Origin: Candidatus Heimdallarchaeota archaeon
GTDB taxonomy: Archaea > Asgardarchaeota > Heimdallarchaeia > Heimdallarchaeales > Kariarchaeaceae
DNA length: 32,000 bases
Reading direction: 5' to 3'
Assembly: GCA_030149205.1 (NCBI GenBank)
Contig: JASBSB010000008.1
Location: 1-32,000, forward strand
Below, one piece after another: positions 25,373 to 32,000 of this stretch (position 1 is its first letter; each line of letters starts with the position of its first letter). The notes beneath the pieces are model-generated. The model was not told the DNA's origin. It searched no databases and saw only the letters and a program-made list of their open reading frames with translations. The translations under genes were made by a program, and so were the position numbers.

Positions 25373-26853
25373 AATATCTGACCTCCCATAATGTAAGACC
25401 AACGCCAATTGTCTTCTTCACAGTCTTCATTTTTCGATTCTCTGTCTGGAATTTTGTCTGCCATTGACACAGCAGCTACATCGGCAATTGATAATAGCTC
25501 CTTTGGAATTTGAAACCTATTGGGATTCGAATCCAGAAATTTTATGTCATACTTCTGTGTTTTGAATTCTTCAGAGTTTATTATTTGATAAATGATTGGG
25601 ATAGTCGTGTGAACTCCATAGATTTTATAACGACTTAGAGCTAAACTTAACTTATTTATAGCAGACATTCTGGAATCACTGTAGGATATTACCTTAGAAA
25701 TCATTGAATCATAAAATGAAGGAATAGTTGAACCATTCTCCATATGCGTATCAACCCTGATTCCATTTCCATTTGGATGCTCTATCTCACTAATTTCTCC
25801 TGGACTTGGTTTAAACTTTAAGTAGGGGTTCTCCGCATAAACCCTCGCTTCAATTGCGTGACCCTTGAATTTTATGTCCTTTTGGTTAATATCAGGATCT
25901 TCACCAGAAGCTATGAGGAGTTGCTGTTTAATTAAGTCAGAATTGGTCACAAATTCACTAACTGGATGCTCTACTTGAATTCGAGTGTTTACCTCCATGA
26001 AGTAGAAATTTCGATCAGAGTCAGATAAAAATTCTGCTGTCCCTGCATTTATGTATCCGACTTCTTCTGCCAAATTTGTTGCTATCTCATGAATTTCTTT
26101 TGCCTTTTTCTTTGTTAAATAAGGAGATGGAGATTCCTCGATTATCTTTTGATTTTTTCGTTGAATTGAACAGTCCCTTTCTCCATAATGAAGTGCTGAT
26201 CCAGAATTAAGTCCTAACAATTGAACTTCGATGTGTCTGGCTTGAGTTAGGAACTTTTCCAAATAAACTCTCCTGTCTCCAAATGCCATTTCTGCCTCAT
26301 TTTGAGCCTGAGTACATACAGAAATAAAATTGGATTCATTTTCAACTACCCTTATTCCTCTACCTCCTCCACCAGCAGCTGCCTTAATCATCACAGGGAA
26401 TCCAATGTTTTTTGCAACTTCCTTTAATTCTTCGGCCTCTAATATTTCGTTGACCCCTGGAAGCAATGGAGTTCCGCTTCTTATAGCTGCCTCTCTAGCT
26501 TTAACCTTATCTCCAAGAATTTCCATATTTAATTTGGTTGGTCCTACAAAACTCATCTTTGATTTACCAACTGCATCTCTAAAATGAGAATTCTCTGATA
26601 AAAATCCATATCCCGGATGAACTGCATCAACTCCTAACTCTCTTGCAAGTGGAAGAAAATATTTATAATTAAGATAAGATTCAGAGGGAAGGTTTCCAGG
26701 GAGGACAAGAACTTTATCTGCAAGCTTCACAGGTAAGGTTTCTTGGTCAATTGGACTTGAGAGAATAACCGACTCGATGTTTAACTCTTTAAGAGTGGTT
26801 AGGATACGGAGAGCTATTTCACCTCTATTTGCAATAAGTACAGAGTTGAACAC
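25369..26853 (-). CDS. accC: Biotin carboxylase subunit of an acyl-CoA carboxylase
   Basis: VLIANRGEIA, HPGYGFLSEN, KAAAGGGGRG, RDCSIQRKNQK, EVNTRIQVEHPV and GIRVD. GTG start. Confidence 0.95.
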   Translation of the reverse strand: MFNSVLIANRGEIALRILTTLKELNIESVILSSPIDQETLPVKLADKVLVLPGNLPSESYLNYKYFLPLARELGVDAVHPGYGFLSENSHFRDAVGKSKMSFVGPTKLNMEILGDKVKAREAAIRSGTPLLPGVNEILEAEELKEVAKNIGFPVMIKAAAGGGGRGIRVVENESNFISVCTQAQNEAEMAFGDRRVYLEKFLTQARHIEVQLLGLNSGSALHYGERDCSIQRKNQKIIEESPSPYLTKKKAKEIHEIATNLAEEVGYINAGTAEFLSDSDRNFYFMEVNTRIQVEHPVSEFVTNSDLIKQQLLIASGEDPDINQKDIKFKGHAIEARVYAENPYLKFKPSPGEISEIEHPNGNGIRVDTHMENGSTIPSFYDSMISKVISYSDSRMSAINKLSLALSRYKIYGVHTTIPIIYQIINSEEFKTQKYDIKFLDSNPNRFQIPKELLSIADVAAVSMADKIPDRESKNEDCEEDNWRWSYIMGGQIF

Positions 26854-26947
26854 AAATGATATCTAAAGTTGAGTTTCAAAAAGATTAGTGTGAGGAATAA
26901 AATTGCTGAGAATTCTTAAATTAATTGAGGCTTCATCTCATAATGGT

Positions 26948-27937
26948 TTATTGATCATACCTTGGTAACTCTAAATCTTTTGCATCACGTTCAAGCTCAA
27001 CTATCTTGTTGATAGATTCATTCGCTCTATGCAACAATCTTTCAGTTTTACCAAACTCTGTTTCAACTGAGCTTAAAATTTTTGCTATTTCATCAACACT
27101 ACTAATTATTCTTTCAATTTCTGTAGTTGCATCCACAGATATTTGATTCCCGAGATCGGAGATTCTTTTTCCGTATGAATCTAACTGATCAGAAAGTGAC
27201 TTTAATGTATGAGCAATAACTTCGAAGCCCAATCCATATTCTCCTGCTTTGGTTGCCTCGATCTCTGAATTTAAAGAGAGTAACGCTGCATGCTTTGAGA
27301 GTGTGATCAAGCTTTTACCAAGTTCTGCTAATGACGAGGTATTTCTGTCCAGTGTAGAGGTCATATTGGATATTCCATCTGCTGCTTTCGCTAAATTAAC
27401 ATCCAGATGTTCAGTTGATTCAGAAATCAAGTCATTTATTGATGAAAGATTCACCGCATAGTCAACCAATTTTCCTGCCTGAGCTTTGATCTCTATCCCA
27501 ATTTCATTCCGTCCAGATTGAAACTCTGTTAACTTAGAATTAAATTTCAATAATCTGTTACTAACAGATTTTAACTCAAGGTAAAGGGAATTAAATTCAT
27601 CAATAAGTAAAGCTTTGGGGGTATAATGGGTTGATAAACTGTTCAAAGATTTGACAGTTTCTTCTAATTCAACCAAATTTTCTTTCTGTACAATGTTGAT
27701 AAATAAGAAAATCCAAAAGGTTGACATAAATGTGGCTATAAGGAATACCCAGATGAGTATAGTGATCCCGCTAAGAACTGAGACCATAAGGAAAATTGTA
27801 GATAACAGAGCGATAATGCTAATGAACGCTAATCTCGACCTGAATAAGTTGGAAAAAACTTCACCTGGATTAGACCTTAGCCCACTTAGTGAATAACCAA
27901 AGGTCATTCGTGATCTTTCAGCCTTTTCATTCGCCAT
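26948..27937 (-). CDS. Methyl-accepting chemotaxis-like membrane protein
   Basis: Two adjacent TM helices, a coiled coil, and degenerate hairpin tip LLSLNSEIEATKAGEYGLGFEVIA (consensus [24 protein letters not shown]). ATG 27937. Confidence 0.8.
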   Translation of the reverse strand: MANEKAERSRMTFGYSLSGLRSNPGEVFSNLFRSRLAFISIIALLSTIFLMVSVLSGITILIWVFLIATFMSTFWIFLFINIVQKENLVELEETVKSLNSLSTHYTPKALLIDEFNSLYLELKSVSNRLLKFNSKLTEFQSGRNEIGIEIKAQAGKLVDYAVNLSSINDLISESTEHLDVNLAKAADGISNMTSTLDRNTSSLAELGKSLITLSKHAALLSLNSEIEATKAGEYGLGFEVIAHTLKSLSDQLDSYGKRISDLGNQISVDATTEIERIISSVDEIAKILSSVETEFGKTERLLHRANESINKIVELERDAKDLELPRYDQ

Positions 27938-28099
27938 ATACAATTTCAATGAGAATATTAAATTGATAAACCCTCGCAGTGAATTCTAAAATTTTCCCAT
28001 TTTTGTTGAATTTTATGATTGAACTTTTATGAAGATACCATTGATTAAATAGAACATGTTACAAAAATTAAAGAAGTCTAATTTTATAAACTGATATAG

Positions 28100-28693
28100 A
28101 TGATCATTTTAAGTGGAGATCTATCGATTGAAATTCCAATCACTCAGTTCTTAATTCTGAGAAAAAATGGAACTCCACTGTTTGCAAGACTTTACCAAAA
28201 AGGCAAAAAATCCATGAATGATGCAACAGCAGTGTTGCTAGCTGGATTTTTTTCTGCTATACACACCTTTTCTGCGACTAACCTTAAAACTGAATTAAAA
28301 GAGATTGGATTGGAAGATCAAAGGTTTCTCTTCTTAAATACGAAAACAGATTTAATTTTAACGGTTGCAATTTCCGAGAAAAATTCTGATCTCTTGGAGT
28401 CGTTGGACAATTATAAACACAGTAAATCTATTTTAGAACAAGCATCTATGGCCATCAGTTTAATCGAAGATATATCCCGAATTCAAGACCTTGACATAGG
28501 AGACCTTTTAGAGGGGTTTGGCGTCACTCTAGATACAATAATTCTGGAATCTAGTATTGAAATTGAAGATCTTGAAGAAAGTGACAAAGATTTTTATTTT
28601 GAAACTAGTAAATCACTAAATTCGAGAACAGAAGACATCGATAAAGAAGAAATTGAAAATCGAATAAAAGAGTTATCAAGATTTGATGATTAA
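28100..28693 (+). CDS. Longin-like domain protein with acidic C-terminus
   Basis: FLILRKNGTPLFARLY...LLAGFFSAIHTFS...LKEIGLEDQRFLF....LILTVAI matches the beta-beta-alpha-beta-beta-beta longin pattern. Confidence 0.65.
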   Translation: MIILSGDLSIEIPITQFLILRKNGTPLFARLYQKGKKSMNDATAVLLAGFFSAIHTFSATNLKTELKEIGLEDQRFLFLNTKTDLILTVAISEKNSDLLESLDNYKHSKSILEQASMAISLIEDISRIQDLDIGDLLEGFGVTLDTIILESSIEIEDLEESDKDFYFETSKSLNSRTEDIDKEEIENRIKELSRFDD

Positions 28694-28713
28694 TCTATTT
28701 CAGTAGGGCATAC

Positions 28714-28986
28714 TTACTCTATTAATGCCAATATATCATCATTTGTAATGAAATTATGTCTATGTAAATGTTTGAAAATATTATTTTCAATATCAAACCT
28801 TTGAGATGGTTTAATTGATTTATCATTTTCTACTTCATCAAGTAACCTTCTTACTGATGATCTCAGATCTTCTATCAAATTTTGAGATGACTTAGAATAT
28901 TCCTCAGTGTACGTTACCTTATTATATTCAACTTCTATAATAACACGCTCTCCTTTTTCATATACCTGAATCTCAAAATTTTCCAT
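28714..28986 (-). CDS. Small hypothetical protein (~90 aa)
   Basis: ORF with plausible beta-beta-beta-alpha-alpha composition. Start probably ATG 28986 (ORF track 29025). Confidence 0.55.
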   Translation of the reverse strand: MENFEIQVYEKGERVIIEVEYNKVTYTEEYSKSSQNLIEDLRSSVRRLLDEVENDKSIKPSQRFDIENNIFKHLHRHNFITNDDILALIE

Positions 28987-29155
28987 TACCAATAGTAAAA
29001 ATAGATTACTATTAATTTTTCTCATATAAAATGAAAAAAAGGTAAATTTGAGATCCTAAAAAAGAATAAAATTGATTACTCTTTCAACCATAGTAACCAA
29101 CAATTATTCGTTAAGAATTGTGATAATTTAAAAATAAGCTAAAAATTAGATGTAG

Positions 29156-30046
29156 ATGAGTTTTTATCCATCCAACTTGATAAACTACAATCCAGAATTG
29201 TCTCTACAATTAGCCAAACTGGTAGATATATTATACGACCCAAATCCCAACAAGATTACCCCTAGAATCATAGAAATGATGGGTAGCATCTTTGAATTTG
29301 GAACTCTTGGAGACCCGTCTGATCTAGACGGAGTTTATTTTAATACAAACGATGCATCTTATATTTTATTGAAGGGGTCGGTATCTATAGAAGATGTATT
29401 TACCAATATAAATGCCGTACTTGTTCCATTTAGCTCAAGTAAATTGGGTGAGGATATTAAGGTTCATTCTGGATTTAAAGAATTAAGTGATGATCTCTTA
29501 AAACAATTCAACCCTTTCATTGGCAAAATGAAAGAAACTGTATATCTTTCTGGACATTCATTGGGTGGAGCCACCTCTGTGATTCTTGCTGCATCATTAC
29601 ACCTCGATCACAATGTAAAAATCAGTGATATCTATACATTTGCATCTCCAAGGTCAGGTAACTCTGAATTTAAAGAATATGTGAGGTCAATACTTACGAA
29701 TCTCTTTGCACTTATTAACACTGAAGATTACGTCCCTTGTCTTCCCCCACGTTATTCAGGCTATTCTCATCCTTTAGCAAAATATCTATTAAGTGAGAAG
29801 GGAGAATTAATCCAGTATGAAGGAACCTGTAGAGATGAGGAAAACATTGACCTGCTGGTTCAAATTGTAACTGGACCATTTCGAAAGCAACACCAACTTA
29901 CTGAATACATCACAAGATTATCTCACAAAGTCAAACCACAAATATATGATCCCAATAACAAAATGCATAAAGATATTTTAAAAAAGGTTTGTCCAAACAT
30001 TTCAATTTGGAAGAGATGTCCACTTACCCGCTGGCTATTTACTTGA
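29156..30046 (+). CDS. Lipase class 3 family alpha/beta hydrolase
   Basis: VHSGF, GHSLGG nucleophile elbow, YTFASPRSGN, DYVPCLPP and late His (QHQLTEY). Confidence 0.9.
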   Translation: MSFYPSNLINYNPELSLQLAKLVDILYDPNPNKITPRIIEMMGSIFEFGTLGDPSDLDGVYFNTNDASYILLKGSVSIEDVFTNINAVLVPFSSSKLGEDIKVHSGFKELSDDLLKQFNPFIGKMKETVYLSGHSLGGATSVILAASLHLDHNVKISDIYTFASPRSGNSEFKEYVRSILTNLFALINTEDYVPCLPPRYSGYSHPLAKYLLSEKGELIQYEGTCRDEENIDLLVQIVTGPFRKQHQLTEYITRLSHKVKPQIYDPNNKMHKDILKKVCPNISIWKRCPLTRWLFT

Positions 30047-30073
30047 AAAATCTGTTAAATCTTAAATTTCAGA

Positions 30074-31045
30074 TTAATTTTTGCTCTCTTGTAAGCTTAA
30101 ATTCAATTTCACAAACAAGAGAGGTAACAAGTAACCCACAGTTAATGCAAAAATGAGATATCTCAAATATCTTAATAAAAATCCTAAAATTGATAGATCT
30201 GGGGCAATTAGAAGAAAAATTGGTTTTAGCCCCTCTAATATTATATAAGCTACAGGAATACCAATTAAGACTTTTATAACTTGATTTCTTATTCCTGTTT
30301 TTGGAATAAAATTAATTGAAGACCTTTCTAGCATCAAAGCTGGAATTAGTCCTGAGATCAAACCCATATAAGTTGCAATATCTTCATACTTGAGTTTTGG
30401 ACCAAGAATAACCGCTACTCCCGCTACCACTAGAAGTGGAACTAATACCGAACCATACAGTATTAATCTTCTATCAATTGAGATTTTGATGTTATTCAAT
30501 TTGTTTTCATATTTTAAGAACACAACAGCGGTTAATATTCCAATAATCCAACCTAAAATAACATCCTCGAGGTAATGTACACCTAAATAAGGTCTTGAAA
30601 TGCCTATGAGCAACACCATTAGAACACTGAACACCTTAACCCACCTATTTTGAAATTTAGCGAAAATGTAAGTATAGAATGTTCCTGAAAGCTGGGCATG
30701 ACCTGATGGTGTACTATACTGAGTTGCGAGTTTAGCCTTGGCTGCTGTACCAGGGACACCCCATTTCTCTTGGTAGGTATTGTTTGATACATAGGGTCTG
30801 GGATTTGCAATGAGGTCCTTCAATACTATGTTTAGAACTGCACCAATGAAAAGTAAGAGAATAGTTTTGTAAGCCAGTTTCTTATCAATACACCAATAGA
30901 TAATCAAAACCAATGCAAAATATCCTACGATTGATCCTATTGTTGTCATTGAAATAAAAAAATTTGTTATGGGTTGGGTTCCAGAGGAGTGTCTGAAGTT
31001 ATAGAAGAATTGTAATATTTCTGTTGAAAAGGGTAAGACGACCAT
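30074..31045 (-). CDS. PAP2 family membrane phosphatase
   Basis: K..IANPRP, STPSGHAQ and SRPYLGVHYLEDV, the three PAP2 motifs, with multiple TMs. Confidence 0.92.
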   Translation of the reverse strand: MVVLPFSTEILQFFYNFRHSSGTQPITNFFISMTTIGSIVGYFALVLIIYWCIDKKLAYKTILLLFIGAVLNIVLKDLIANPRPYVSNNTYQEKWGVPGTAAKAKLATQYSTPSGHAQLSGTFYTYIFAKFQNRWVKVFSVLMVLLIGISRPYLGVHYLEDVILGWIIGILTAVVFLKYENKLNNIKISIDRRLILYGSVLVPLLVVAGVAVILGPKLKYEDIATYMGLISGLIPALMLERSSINFIPKTGIRNQVIKVLIGIPVAYIILEGLKPIFLLIAPDLSILGFLLRYLRYLIFALTVGYLLPLLFVKLNLSLQESKN

Positions 31046-31285
31046 AAATTCTCTAATGAATTTTAATAAAATAAAGGTTTTGTAGCAAATTCTCCAGAAG
31101 TATCAGTTAAATGGGAATATTACTTAAAATAATTTATCCAAGTATGACGGTGAAAATAACAAAAACTTGAAAAGAATAAAATTAATATTTTCTGAATTAA
31201 TTAAAAATAAAATTATAAATTAGTTACTTCCTTGATCAATTATTGATTATTGTTGATTTTCGATAATGCATGGAATTTCGTTATT

Positions 31286-31966
31286 TCAATTTAAGGAGAT
31301 ATCAGTACAGATAACTGATTCTGGTACAATTGAGACATCCTTAAAAGATGAGATCGATTTGTCAAACCCTTTTTCTAAAAACAATTCAATTGTTGTTTTT
31401 CCAGTTAGTACAGGAATGAACCTGATATCAGCGCTGGTGCAAGAATATGCATCAAAGATGCTATCACCAAAACCCACAACATGATCTCTGTCTGTTTCAC
31501 TCTTTTCTAATCCTTTCAAGAAGGGTTCTGGATCTGGCTTTCCTCGTGAAATCTCATCCCCGCTCACAATTTCATCGATGTACTGAAGCAATCCAGCTTT
31601 TCTTAACAGTGTGAAAACAAGATCTTTGTAGGTGGAACTAATTACCACAGTTTTTACATTGTTATTTTTACAATCCATAAGGAATTTGGTTACACCTTGG
31701 TAAGGTTTAACATGTAGAAGCAACCCCTCAAGATACTCTTCTTTCTCATTTGCAGCTTTATAAACCTCCTCAGGTGTAAGATTTTGAAGAAAAGATTGAA
31801 TGATATCATTAGGTGTCCTACCCATTAAATGTTCCAAATCTGATGATTTCACATCTTTCCCTAGTCTCTTTAATATCCACTGAAACGATTCAATATGTAA
31901 ATCTAATGTGTCAATTAAGGTTCCATCTAAATCCATTAGCACAGCTTGAACATCAGAAAAACACAA
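31286..31966 (-). CDS. HAD-superfamily phosphatase (beta-PGM/Gph-like)
   Basis: DLDGTLID, VISS, GKPDPEPF and FGDSIFD. The frame stays open to the window edge, so the true start may lie beyond 32000. Confidence 0.9.
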   Translation of the reverse strand: MCFSDVQAVLMDLDGTLIDTLDLHIESFQWILKRLGKDVKSSDLEHLMGRTPNDIIQSFLQNLTPEEVYKAANEKEEYLEGLLLHVKPYQGVTKFLMDCKNNNVKTVVISSTYKDLVFTLLRKAGLLQYIDEIVSGDEISRGKPDPEPFLKGLEKSETDRDHVVGFGDSIFDAYSCTSADIRFIPVLTGKTTIELFLEKGFDKSISSFKDVSIVPESVICTDISLN

Positions 31967-32000
31967 ATTGTGTTTAGTAAGTAGTATATTTGGAATACTA

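Noticed and set aside
25340-25410. accC/accB boundary as a frameshifted single PCC-alpha-like gene
   Set aside because: The TTGA start/stop overlap with a well-placed GGAGGT SD indicates two genuine genes, and split BC/BCCP is common in archaea.
1-32000. CRISPR arrays, tRNAs, rRNAs, IS elements, integrases
   Set aside because: I saw no regularly spaced repeats, tRNA T-loop/cloverleaf, rRNA-like GC-rich tract or transposase/recombinase motif on either strand.

Overview
AT-rich (roughly 32-34% GC by eye), gene-dense archaeal chromosome segment in the standard genetic code, most likely from an Asgard archaeon (Heimdallarchaeia-like). This is inferred from type-2 IPP isomerase, deoxyhypusine synthase, TATA-like boxes about 25 nt before start codons, a longin-like protein and a long-form tryptophan 2,3-dioxygenase. 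It holds about 30 mostly unrelated genes: a CcdA/TlpA redox pair, sirtuin, FNR-like oxidoreductase, Pcm, TDO, LeuB/IDH-family dehydrogenase, an MvaI/BcnI-type restriction-modification pair, DinB, SDR, DHS, GDPD, HxlR, M20 dipeptidase, VIT1/CCC1, IDI-2, LplA, TauE, PIG-L deacetylase, biotin carboxylase and carrier, MCP-like protein, lipase 3, PAP2 and HAD. I found no tRNA, rRNA, CRISPR array or transposase. The most unusual signals are: (1) the MvaI/BcnI-family nuclease has a C-terminal extension ending in a PCNA-interacting (PIP-box-like) motif and lies next to its methyltransferase and a PIP-bearing DinB; (2) an apparently circularly permuted glycerophosphodiester phosphodiesterase with the catalytic HRG motif at the C-terminus; (3) three dispersed paralogs of a ~110 aa acidic protein built from ~30-residue TerB-like DG-x-I-T-x-x-E repeats; (4) a decayed ~87% identical copy of the ccdA promoter and 5' region. 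All family calls come from motif recognition, not database searches.
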